Below, piece after piece: positions 38,917 to 47,754 of a stretch of 64,000 bases of DNA. The notes under the pieces were generated by a model, which saw only the letters and a program-made list of their open reading frames with translations, ran no database searches and was not told the origin of the DNA. The DNA lies in NCBI GenBank assembly GCA_021820465.1, contig JAKADP010000002.1, positions 39,301 through 103,300 of the forward strand. Reading direction: 5' to 3'. The first letter of the stretch is position 1. Every line of letters starts with the position of its first letter. Both the position numbers and the translations under genes were made by a program. Source of the stretch: Bacillota bacterium. GTDB taxonomy: Bacteria; Bacillota; Sulfobacillia; Sulfobacillales; JAIMBI01.

Positions 38917-39963
38917 ATGGCCAACGCCGAGGCGGTCCTGCGGGTATTCCTGACCAGCTATCGGGACATTGTGGAGGCGGACCCGCTGGAGAAGAAGCTC
39001 GCGGCCATTGCCGCGGTCCTGGTGCGAGCGGGCCTGTTCCAGCGCGCGGCCGTGCAGGTGTATGCGTCGCTCTACGGCGAGAAGCTGTTTGGCCTGGCGG
39101 GACTGACGCCGCAAGAAGAGGAGTGGATTCGCACCCACGACATCCTGCCGGAGGAGGAGTATGCCCGGGTGCAGCAGCATGGGGTGCGCATCGAAGAGGT
39201 GTACTTTGTGCCGCACGAGCACCTGCGATCGGTGCTGCCCAACGTGGACGACGTGCTCCTCATGGATGCCTCGCGTGACCCGGACGACTGGCAGGAGGGG
39301 CAGTGGCACCCCGACGATATGCTGTACATGCCGCTGCTGGCGTCCAACGGACTGGCGCTGGGCAATATCACGGCTGACGCCCCCTTCGACAACCGCGTGC
39401 CTGACGAGGAGACCGCCGCCCTGCTGGCTCCGTTCGTGGCCATGGCCGCGTGCACCATCGAGCAGGAACTCAACCGGCGGCGCGACTACCTGACCCAGTG
39501 CTTCAATGGACAGTTTTTTCGCGATGAGGTGAGCCGCCGCCTCAGCATGCGGGGCCGGCCGCTGGGACTGGCTTTTGTGGACATGAACGGGTTGAAGGCC
39601 GTCAACGATGACCTAGGGCATGAGGCGGGCGACCGCGCCATCCAAGCCACGGCTGACGCCCTGCGTGCGCTGGGGGCGAAGCTGGCCGGCCACCTGTTCT
39701 ACGATCCCGTGGTATGCCGGCTTTACGGCGACGAATTTGGCCTGCTGTTCCGCCCGGACGCGGCCGTGGCCCCCGATGAGGTGGCCGCCGCCATGCTGGC
39801 CCACTGGCCCGAAGACGTCCCCCCGGCCGCGGTTGGCGTGGCGGGGGCTGAGCCCGAGGACGACCCGCGCACGCTCGTGCGGCGCGCCGAGGAGCGCATG
39901 TACGCGGCCAAGCGGGCCATGCGCCCACCCGGCGCCGGCCGGGAGCGTCGCGCCTCGGAGTAG
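38917..39963 (+). CDS. GAF-like sensor + GGDEF domain protein (YGDEF variant)
   Basis: FVDMNGLKAVND..GH.AGD, RLYGDEF, AEERMYAAK; N-terminal WHPDDMLYMPL region. Confidence 0.85.
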   Translation: MANAEAVLRVFLTSYRDIVEADPLEKKLAAIAAVLVRAGLFQRAAVQVYASLYGEKLFGLAGLTPQEEEWIRTHDILPEEEYARVQQHGVRIEEVYFVPHEHLRSVLPNVDDVLLMDASRDPDDWQEGQWHPDDMLYMPLLASNGLALGNITADAPFDNRVPDEETAALLAPFVAMAACTIEQELNRRRDYLTQCFNGQFFRDEVSRRLSMRGRPLGLAFVDMNGLKAVNDDLGHEAGDRAIQATADALRALGAKLAGHLFYDPVVCRLYGDEFGLLFRPDAAVAPDEVAAAMLAHWPEDVPPAAVGVAGAEPEDDPRTLVRRAEERMYAAKRAMRPPGAGRERRASE

Positions 39964-40049
39964 GGGAACCGCACGTTTTGTCGTATCCTCAGCATGCGGG
40001 GATGGCGGGGGCGCGCGGAAGACGGCTCCGAAGGCGAGGCGGGTTCCTG

Positions 40050-40973
40050 ATGTCTTTGTTCAGCGGCGGGGTGTCGAACGGCAGCAACTTTGTCGGAGGC
40101 CCGCTCGAAATTTACCTAGAGGACGTCACGGTGCAGGTGGGCGGCTTGGGGCGGCCTGCCCTGGATCGGGTGTCACTGCGGCAGGGCGCGGGGTGCCTGA
40201 CGGTGCTGGGGCCGCGGGGGTGTGGCAAGTCCACCTTGCTGAGCGTGGTGGCGTCCCGTCTGGCTCCATCCACAGGGACAGCGCGCGTCGGTCGGGCGGA
40301 CGTGGCCCAAGATCCGCTGGCGGTGCGCCGGCTCGTGGGGTACGTGCCCGAGGCGGTGACGGTGCCGGAGGATCTCACGCTGTCGGAGTATTTGCTGGAG
40401 CTGGCACGGCTGGACGGGCTCGGCCGAGAATCCCGCGATCGGGTCGAGGCGGCGCTGGCCGCTGTGCACCTGGCGGCGTCCGCCCACCGCCGCTTGAAGG
40501 CGTTTTCCGGCGGCATGAAGCGGCGCGCACTGGTGGCTCAGGCCCTCATGAAGGATCCGGCTTGTCTGGTGGTGGAGACACCGACCGCCGGGCTTGATCC
40601 CTATGAGCAGCTTATGACGCTGGAACTGCTGCGCTCGCTGGGCGAGGATCGGCCGGTGCTGCTGTCCACCACGGTGGTGGACGACGTTCAGGACTTGGGC
40701 GGGCATGTGGCGGTGCTGGACCGTGGCCGGCTCATCCGGCGCCTGCCGGCGCGGGAGTTGGCGCTGATGGCGCGGGGACTGGTGTGGGAGCTGCCGTGGA
40801 GCTTCCGCGCTCGCGTGCATGAGGGTCTGGTGTTTCCCGGGCCCCGGCCCGACACGGTGGCGGTGCTGGCGCAGAGCTCCCCCCACCAAGTGGCCCGCCC
40901 CGTGGACCCCACACCCGAATATGGCTATCTGGTGCTGCTGTGGAACAGCCGACGGGAGTCTCAGAGCGCGTGA
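40050..40973 (+). CDS. ABC ATP-binding protein 1 (degenerate Walker B and H-loop)
   Basis: GPRGCGKST, FSGGMKRR, LVVETPTAGLDP, LLSTT. Confidence 0.88.
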   Translation: MSLFSGGVSNGSNFVGGPLEIYLEDVTVQVGGLGRPALDRVSLRQGAGCLTVLGPRGCGKSTLLSVVASRLAPSTGTARVGRADVAQDPLAVRRLVGYVPEAVTVPEDLTLSEYLLELARLDGLGRESRDRVEAALAAVHLAASAHRRLKAFSGGMKRRALVAQALMKDPACLVVETPTAGLDPYEQLMTLELLRSLGEDRPVLLSTTVVDDVQDLGGHVAVLDRGRLIRRLPARELALMARGLVWELPWSFRARVHEGLVFPGPRPDTVAVLAQSSPHQVARPVDPTPEYGYLVLLWNSRRESQSA

Positions 40974-41890
40974 GTGACGTGGCAATGAAAGTGCGCGGCT
41001 TGGTGCAGTACGGCCACGGGGTGGAAGCCCCAGAGATTTTGCACGAGGTCACCCTCGATCTGCGCACCGGGCTCACGGCGCTGGTGGGCCCGAACGGCGC
41101 TGGCAAGACGACGCTGCTCCGGTCGTTGGCCGGGATCGTCCCTTTGGAAGAAGGCCATATCGAGGTGGGCGACGTGGCGATGCAGGACCGCCCCGCCGCC
41201 GTGCGTCGCCGCGTGGGCTACCTGCCCCAGTTTCCCGGAGTCTACCGCCGGCTCACCGTCTGGGAGCATGTTTGGCGGCAGCAGGCCTGGATGCTGGGCC
41301 ATCCGCCGGAGGAGGAGGACGTGCGGACCGCACTCCGGCACTTTGGCCTCCTGCACCGCGCCGACGGCAGTGCGGCGAGGCTGTCGGCGTCGGAGCGCCG
41401 CTGGCTGGCCTTGGCCATGCTGTGGGCCCGCCGCGTGCAGGTCATGCTGCTGGATGAACCCACCGCCGGGCTGGACCTAGAGGAGCGCCTCGCGCTGTGG
41501 GACGTGCTGGCGGCCCTGCTGCACGAGCCGGATGGCCCCCGCGCCATCTTGGTCACCACGCATCTGCTGGACGAGGTGGCCCGATTTTGCAGCGATGCGA
41601 TGATGCTGGTGCAGGGCCGGATGGTGTATCAGGGCGCTGTGGCCGGCCTGGCCGGGCGCGCTCAGGGCCGCACCTGGTATGTACCGCGGGGCGTGCCGGT
41701 CCCGGACGCGGTGGAGGTGGGCGTCGACCTGGCGCAAGACCGGCGGCTGGTCGTGTCGGTGGGCGAGAGGGCCGAAGGGCCGCCGGGGTTCACGCCCCGC
41801 CCGCCCCGCCTGCTGGATGGGTATTTGGTGGTGGAGCGCCAGTGGCTGGAAGGGAGGTGGGCCGATGGCCGGCGGGCTCCCCGCCGCTAG
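40970..41890 (+). CDS. ABC ATP-binding protein 2 (degenerate signature)
   Basis: GPNGAGKTT, GYLPQ, LSASERR, LLDEPTAGLD, VTTH. Confidence 0.9.
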   Translation: MSDVAMKVRGLVQYGHGVEAPEILHEVTLDLRTGLTALVGPNGAGKTTLLRSLAGIVPLEEGHIEVGDVAMQDRPAAVRRRVGYLPQFPGVYRRLTVWEHVWRQQAWMLGHPPEEEDVRTALRHFGLLHRADGSAARLSASERRWLALAMLWARRVQVMLLDEPTAGLDLEERLALWDVLAALLHEPDGPRAILVTTHLLDEVARFCSDAMMLVQGRMVYQGAVAGLAGRAQGRTWYVPRGVPVPDAVEVGVDLAQDRRLVVSVGERAEGPPGFTPRPPRLLDGYLVVERQWLEGRWADGRRAPRR

Positions 41891-44027
41891 GGCGCCTGCC
41901 GCGGGCCCCTCGCGGGCCACGGCGATCTGGGTGCTGGCGGGCGACACGTGGCGCCAGAGCTGGCGGGAAGTGGTGGTGCGCACCGAACTGGTGGCCCTGT
42001 TGCTCCTGTCCCTGATTGCCGGCGTGGCGGCGGTGGGGTCCCCGACTGCGGGGGCCGGTGCCATCCAGATGCTGGCGCTGTGCCTCATGCTGGTGCCGTT
42101 TGCGGTGGTGTTGGCGGCGGGCCAGGTGTGGCGCAGTCCGGCTGCCGAAGTGGCGGTGTTCGCCCGACCCGTCACGGCCGCGGGCTATGTGCTGGGCCGA
42201 GCCCTCGGGCTGGTGGCGGTGGGGGCGGCCATGCTGGCGGCGGTTGACGCGCTGGGCACGCTGGCCCTGTTTGGCATTGCCCGGCTGCCGCTGGTGTCGT
42301 CGCTCGCGTGGAACACCGCTTGGTGCCTCCTCGCGGTGGCCCCGAGCCTGGTGCTGACGGCTGCCGCGGCCGTGTGGCTGGTCGGGCGGACCGGGGGTGG
42401 GGCGCGCTACTTCACGCTGGGCATCCTGGGGAGCCTCGTCGTGGCGTTTGTCGAGTACAAGTGGACGGCGTTGGCGGCGGCGCTGGACCCGCACCTCGTG
42501 CTGTGGAGCCCATTTCCGGGGATGCTGACGCTGGGGCTTGCGCTGCCCCCCGAGCTGTTGGGCCCGACGCCCGGCTGGCTGTGGGCCAACCGCGCCGTCT
42601 GGCTGGTGGTGGCCGCGGTCCTGCTGTTGGCGGCGGTGCGGGAGCGAGACCGGGGCCGCACCACGCCGTCGGCGAGCCCCGCGCGCGACCAAGCGCTGAT
42701 CCGCGGCGCCGTGGGGGCGCTGGTGGTGGCGATGGTGTGGCTGGAGTCCGCGGCGCTGTCGCTGTCGCCGGGGGTGCTGCCGGCCGCAGCGGCGGCGGGC
42801 AGCCTGGGCGTGGCGGCGGCGGGGCCCTTGGCCCTGTCGCTGGCAGTCAATCCGGCCAGTGGAGTGGTGGCCGGGCGGGCCAGCGTGCACGTGGTGACAG
42901 GGCACGCCTCCTCACAGCCGCTCGGGTTTTGGCTGAATCGGGGCCTCGGAGTCCAGCAGGCCACGTGGAACGGCCAGCCCGTGCCCATCATCCATGCGGG
43001 CGGACGGGTGCTGGCGGGCAGTGCTGCCCGACTGGTGGCGGTCCGTGTGCCCGGAGGATCCGGGACGCTGGTGGTGACCTACGGCGGCCGGCTGCTGCCG
43101 CTGGCCACGTGGTTGCCGACGCCGCCGTTTGCCCCGGGCAGCGGGGCCGGTGCGGCGTACGCGGGCGGCGGGCGGGTGTACTGGTCCGGGGCCGGAGCCT
43201 GGTACCCGCGACTGCTCGCGGCCAGCGGGGCGGGCAGGCCGATCTTCGTGCCCACGTCGCTGTCTTGGCACTTCACAGGACCCCGTTCCGCCTTCCCGGC
43301 CTGGAGCGGCCTGCCCGGCCCAGGCGCCACCGGGGTGCTGCCGTCCGTCCTATGGCTTCAAGGCCCATATCGCGCGACGGAAGTGGACGGCGTGAGCGTA
43401 TACACGCGCCGTGCGGTGGGCGCGGTGCAGCAGGCGTCGCTCTCGGCGTATGCGGCGGCCTTAAAGGTGCTGAGCCCCTGGCTGCCGGGGGCCGCCGCCC
43501 GCGTGCCGGTGATGGTCGTGGACCCCTTGCTCACGCACGCCGCCATGACGCCGGCGTTTGTGGCGCTGCCGGGCAACCAGCCGTACTGCGTCCCCGCCGA
43601 CCCCGTGGTGGGGACGTGCACGGCGCCGGAGCCGACGGGGGCCGCACCGTGGCTGCGCCTGGCGGCGTTGGGGTGGGAAAACGCGCTGGGCATTGTGCCC
43701 GGGGGAACGCGCGCCACGACGCCGGAATGGCCCGCCGGCGACCAGCGCCAGCAGCTGCTGGGGGTGCTGGCCGCCGCTACCGTGATTCGGGCCGATGCCG
43801 GCGGCCCCGTGGCCCGGGCCGTTGCGCTGGCCGGGTATCAGCGGCGGGGTCGGCTCCCCATCGTGGGGCGCCTGTCGGCCGTGCGGGCCGGTGAGTTGAA
43901 GCAGCTGGCCGCTTGGGCGGCTACGGCGAGTGCGAGCCAGTGGGAGGGCATGGTGGCCCACGTGGCCGGTGCGGCGGCTCGTGGGCCCGTGACCTGGGCC
44001 GATGTCTTGGCCGGTGAGTCGTTCTAA
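41865..44027 (+). CDS. ABC-2-type permease fused to a large extracellular M1-aminopeptidase-like domain
   Basis: Multi-TM N-terminal part (FARPV...YVLGR), then beta-rich LALSLAVNP...FWLNRGLGV...LVVTYGG...AWYP region; GGAGG RBS. Confidence 0.65.
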   Translation: MAGGLPAARAPAAGPSRATAIWVLAGDTWRQSWREVVVRTELVALLLLSLIAGVAAVGSPTAGAGAIQMLALCLMLVPFAVVLAAGQVWRSPAAEVAVFARPVTAAGYVLGRALGLVAVGAAMLAAVDALGTLALFGIARLPLVSSLAWNTAWCLLAVAPSLVLTAAAAVWLVGRTGGGARYFTLGILGSLVVAFVEYKWTALAAALDPHLVLWSPFPGMLTLGLALPPELLGPTPGWLWANRAVWLVVAAVLLLAAVRERDRGRTTPSASPARDQALIRGAVGALVVAMVWLESAALSLSPGVLPAAAAAGSLGVAAAGPLALSLAVNPASGVVAGRASVHVVTGHASSQPLGFWLNRGLGVQQATWNGQPVPIIHAGGRVLAGSAARLVAVRVPGGSGTLVVTYGGRLLPLATWLPTPPFAPGSGAGAAYAGGGRVYWSGAGAWYPRLLAASGAGRPIFVPTSLSWHFTGPRSAFPAWSGLPGPGATGVLPSVLWLQGPYRATEVDGVSVYTRRAVGAVQQASLSAYAAALKVLSPWLPGAAARVPVMVVDPLLTHAAMTPAFVALPGNQPYCVPADPVVGTCTAPEPTGAAPWLRLAALGWENALGIVPGGTRATTPEWPAGDQRQQLLGVLAAATVIRADAGGPVARAVALAGYQRRGRLPIVGRLSAVRAGELKQLAAWAATASASQWEGMVAHVAGAAARGPVTWADVLAGESF

Positions 44028-44042
44028 TCGCGAGGGGGGGCA

Positions 44043-44762
44043 ATGATGGCACAGAGCGGCGGCCGGCGGCTCGGCGTCGGGTGGCCGCGGGCTGTGAGGG
44101 TCCAGCGCCTAGTGCTGGAGCTCAAGCTCGCGGGGGGCGCTCCCTGGATTTTGGTGCCGCTGGGCCTGTTGGTGCTGACACTTATGCACACCGGCCTCGG
44201 GGGCGGCGCGGCCGAGTGGGCGCCTCACTGGGCCGAAAACTGTGAGGCGTTCCTCCCGCTCGGCTTTGGCATTGGCTCCGCCTCGCTGCTGCTGGTGGAG
44301 CACGATGAAGGCATGCTGGAGATGGCGTCGGCCCTGCCGCTGCCGAGGCTGGCGCGGACACGGACGCTGGCGCTTGTGGGAGGCGCCTGGCTCCTGGTGC
44401 TGGTATGGCTTGTCGGGCTGCGGGTCCTGTTTGGCCCGGTGCCGTTTTGGACCGGCGTGGGGGCGGCCCTGGGCCCTGGCCTGTTCCTTGGGGGGGGATC
44501 GGCGCTGGTGGCCAGCCGGTCTGGGCGCGTCGCGCTGGGCTACCTGGTGGCCATCGGCGTGCCGGTGATGGACTTGGTGCTGCAGCTGCTGGGGGTGTTT
44601 TACCGGCTTTGGCCGCTGCAGTTGGTGAACGTGTTTGCGTACCGGTGGGCCACGCCAGAGCCGGGGTGGGTGGTGGTCAAGGTGGTGATGGGCCTGGTGG
44701 GCTTGTGGCTGTATCGACGTGCCATCCGGGGATGGCGGGATGCGGGCGCGAACCTGCTGTAG
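44043..44762 (+). CDS. second ABC permease-like membrane protein
   Basis: About 6 hydrophobic segments, E..EGMLE motif typical of ABC-2 permeases; follows the ABC genes. Confidence 0.65.
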   Translation: MMAQSGGRRLGVGWPRAVRVQRLVLELKLAGGAPWILVPLGLLVLTLMHTGLGGGAAEWAPHWAENCEAFLPLGFGIGSASLLLVEHDEGMLEMASALPLPRLARTRTLALVGGAWLLVLVWLVGLRVLFGPVPFWTGVGAALGPGLFLGGGSALVASRSGRVALGYLVAIGVPVMDLVLQLLGVFYRLWPLQLVNVFAYRWATPEPGWVVVKVVMGLVGLWLYRRAIRGWRDAGANLL

Positions 44763-44803
44763 CGGGAGCCCGTGGCCAGAGGAAAGGAGGCGAGCTTACG
44801 AGC

Positions 44804-45949
44804 GTGCAGCGAGGGCCGTGGGGCGGATCCGAGGCCGAGGCAGCCGGCGGCCGCGATGTTGGCCGGCTGGACACGCCAGCGGTGGTGGTGGATCGCGGAA
44901 TCGCGGCGGCCAATCTCGAGCGCATGGCCGCCCGGGTCAGTGCGCGGCGCCAGGCGCTGTGGCCCCATGTCAAAACCCACAAGAGCCTAGCCTGGGCCCA
45001 GCGGCAGCTGGACTTGGGGGCCGGGGGTCTCATGGTGGCGAAGTTGGAGGAGGCGGTGCCGCTCGCCCGGCATGGGGTGCCTGCCGTGTATGTCGGCTAC
45101 CCACTGGTGGGCCCCGGACCGGCCCGTCGGCTCACCCAGCTGGTGGCCGCCGGCCTCCAGGTGCGCGTGGCCGTGGATTCGCTGGCGGGGGTAGCCTGCC
45201 TCGCGGACGTGGCGCGCGCTACCAGTGCTCCGCTGGCCGCGCTGGTGGAGGTGGACACCGGGTTTCAGCGGTGCGGCGTTGCGAGCGTCGACGACGCGGT
45301 CCAGCTTGCGGAGGCGCTCGCGGCCGCCGGGGTGCGGTACCAGGGGATCACCTGCTTTGGGGGGCACATTACTTGGCGCCTCTCCGACGACGAGCGGCGG
45401 GCGGCGGTGGTGGCGCAAAACCTGCTGCTGGCCCAGTGGTCCGAGGACCTCAGGGCGCGTGGGTGGGCCCCGGAGGTGGTGTCGGTGGGGGGGACCGTGC
45501 CGACCGGGCACCTGGATCTGCTGTCGTCCGCGACTGAGCTTCGGCCTGGGACCTATATCTACAACGACGTGGCCACCGTCTTGGCCGGCGCCGCCCAGTG
45601 GGCCGACTGTGCCGCGTGGGTGTGGACCACGGTGGTCAGCACCCCGACCGCTGACCGGGCCGTGGTGGACGCCGGCAGCAAGACCCTCTCGAGCGATGGC
45701 CCTGTGGCGGGCTCGTTTGGGCACGTGCGCGAACGGCCAGATGTGTTTGTCTCGTCGCTCTCAGAGGAGCACGGGGTGATTCGGGCGCGGGACGGCGGGG
45801 CCACGGGCCTCGAGGTGGGCGACCGCCTCTCCATCGTGCCCAATCACGTGTGCACGATGATTAACCTGCACGACAACGTGCACTTGGTGGAGGGGCGGCG
45901 GGTCGTAGGGTCGCTCGCGGTCGACCTGCGGGGCATGATTCACTCATGA
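44804..45949 (+). CDS. fold-type III PLP enzyme, D-threonine aldolase/D-serine dehydratase (DSD1) family
   Basis: PHVKTHK, ELRPGTYIYND, DAGSKTLS, SEEHG, PNHVC; start uncertain. Confidence 0.88.
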   Translation: MQRGPWGGSEAEAAGGRDVGRLDTPAVVVDRGIAAANLERMAARVSARRQALWPHVKTHKSLAWAQRQLDLGAGGLMVAKLEEAVPLARHGVPAVYVGYPLVGPGPARRLTQLVAAGLQVRVAVDSLAGVACLADVARATSAPLAALVEVDTGFQRCGVASVDDAVQLAEALAAAGVRYQGITCFGGHITWRLSDDERRAAVVAQNLLLAQWSEDLRARGWAPEVVSVGGTVPTGHLDLLSSATELRPGTYIYNDVATVLAGAAQWADCAAWVWTTVVSTPTADRAVVDAGSKTLSSDGPVAGSFGHVRERPDVFVSSLSEEHGVIRARDGGATGLEVGDRLSIVPNHVCTMINLHDNVHLVEGRRVVGSLAVDLRGMIHS

Positions 45950-45988
45950 CCCGGCGAGCGACGCCAAGGCAACGCCCCACCCTGCCTC

Positions 45989-46630
45989 CTACAGGGTGAG
46001 ATGCTCGAAGGCGGTGCGGAGCTGCTCGTTTAACACGCGGATGTGGGTGCCCTTCATGCCAAGCGATCGCGTCTGGATGACCCCCGCGCTCTCCAGCTTG
46101 CGGAGCGCGTTGACGATGACCGACCGGGTAATGCCCATCTCATCCGCCACGTGAGACGTCACGACCAACCCTTGATTGTCGTCGATTTCGGAAAACAGCC
46201 GCTGTGCGGCCATCAGCTCCGAGTAGGATAGAGCCTCGATCGCCGCCGATACCTGGGTCCGCTCGCGATCGCGGTTGGCGGAGCGCACCTCCCGCGCCCG
46301 GCCCATCACCAGGGCGATGATGGTGGAGCCGTATTCCGCCAGCAGCCAATCGTCGGGGGTGAGGCCCGACTCGGGCCGATGCAGGGTCAGGATGCCGGCG
46401 GGGCCGGATGGCCCCTGCAGGACCATCTTGGTGTTGGGCGTCGCGGTGCGTCCGGCGGCCGTTCCCGAGCCCCCGGCGCTGAGGGGCGTTTCGCCCAGCG
46501 GGGCCGTCACCTCCACGGCGCACCCCAGCGCTCGAGCCAACTCCTCCATGAAGGGCCGCAGGTCGTAGCTGTCGGGCACCCCGCGCCACAGTGCATCGGT
46601 CAGTTGCCGGAAGTCATCAAGCACAGCCAT
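45989..46630 (-). CDS. codY: CodY-family regulator with shortened GAF domain (213 aa)
   Basis: LSYSEL, GITRSVIVNALRKLESAGVI..RSLGMKGT, DD.LLAEYG.T; GGAGGAGG RBS before ATG at 46630. Confidence 0.88.
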   Translation of the reverse strand: MAVLDDFRQLTDALWRGVPDSYDLRPFMEELARALGCAVEVTAPLGETPLSAGGSGTAAGRTATPNTKMVLQGPSGPAGILTLHRPESGLTPDDWLLAEYGSTIIALVMGRAREVRSANRDRERTQVSAAIEALSYSELMAAQRLFSEIDDNQGLVVTSHVADEMGITRSVIVNALRKLESAGVIQTRSLGMKGTHIRVLNEQLRTAFEHLTL

Positions 46631-46905
46631 CTGTCGTCCTCCTCCAATTTGTCGCGGCGCGCTCGGGTCTGCTGCCGCCCGATGCCCGCTTGCCAGGGCT
46701 CGCCGACGGGATGCCACGGCGGCCACCGGCTCACTTCGGGCTTGCCTCCACACTGATTCGCAATATCACGGCATTTTGAGGTATTGCTCCCGATCCACTG
46801 TGCCTGAGCACTTACCGGTCGTAGTCACGGCACGTGGTCCTACCAGATCACATGTTACCATGAAGTAGTGGACCGGCAAGCCGCCGGCGGGAAATTGGCG
46901 AGTAT

Positions 46906-46925
46906 TCGGTTGAGGTCGGTTGAGG
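46906..46925. repeat. tandem direct repeat TCGGTTGAGG x2 in codY-pxpB intergenic region
   Basis: Exact 10-bp duplication. Confidence 0.7.
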
Positions 46926-47052
46926 ATTGGGCGCTCTGACGTGATCGGTGTGGGGTCGGGACCCGAGCGGGCGGGAGGGGGCGGTGGGCGTGGCAGCTGG
47001 CGAAGAAGCGGGGTCGGCAAGCTCGAGCACCCTGCACGGCGGCTGGCCGCCG

Positions 47053-47754
47053 GTGCCCGCAGATGGATGGCACGCGGTGGTTCCCATGGGGGAGGGAGCC
47101 CTGCTGCTGCAGTGGGGTGGCGGGCTGGACCGCTCGCAGAACCAGAGAATCCATCGGCTGGCGAGGGCGCTCCGGCGGCCGGCCCCCCGGGGTGAGGCCG
47201 CATTGGGGGCCGTCGCGGGGTTTGATACGCTGCTGGTGGAATTTGACCCCGAACGACTGACCGCCGACGCTGTGCTGTCGCGCGTTCGGTGGGCGGCGTG
47301 GGCCACCGAGCCGCCGGCGGCCCCGCGCCGCGTGGAGGTTCCGGTCTGCTACGGCGGAGCCTTAGGGCCCGACCTCGACGCCCTAGCCCACCACGTGGGC
47401 CTTCGCCCCGACACCGTGGTGCGCCTGCACGCCAACCGACCTTACCAGGTGTATTGCCTGGGGTTTCAAGCGGGGTTTCCGTACGCCGGTCCGCTCCCGG
47501 ATGTGCTGGTCATGCCGCGGCGCGATCGGCCGGTGGCCCGCGTGCCCGCGGGTTCGGTGGCGGTCGCCGGGCGGCAGACCGGCGTGTACACGCGGCCCGG
47601 GCCGGGCGGATGGCACGTGGTGGGCACCACGCCCGTGAATTTGTTTGACCCCACCGCAAACCCGCCCACGCCGTATCGCCCAGGCGATGAGCTGTGGTTT
47701 CGGCCCGTGCCGCCCGAGGAGTTTGCCGCCTTGGCGCATGGTGGGAGGGAGTAG
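47053..47754 (+). CDS. pxpB: 5-oxoprolinase subunit B (KipI-like)
   Basis: VPVCYGG..GPDL, LGFQAGFPY, VPAGSVA, PGGW; start uncertain. Confidence 0.88.
   Translation: MPADGWHAVVPMGEGALLLQWGGGLDRSQNQRIHRLARALRRPAPRGEAALGAVAGFDTLLVEFDPERLTADAVLSRVRWAAWATEPPAAPRRVEVPVCYGGALGPDLDALAHHVGLRPDTVVRLHANRPYQVYCLGFQAGFPYAGPLPDVLVMPRRDRPVARVPAGSVAVAGRQTGVYTRPGPGGWHVVGTTPVNLFDPTANPPTPYRPGDELWFRPVPPEEFAALAHGGRE

Noticed and set aside
46762-46776. Possible CodY box upstream of codY (AATATCACGGCATTT)
   Set aside because: Only 8 of 15 positions match AATTTTCWGAAAATT
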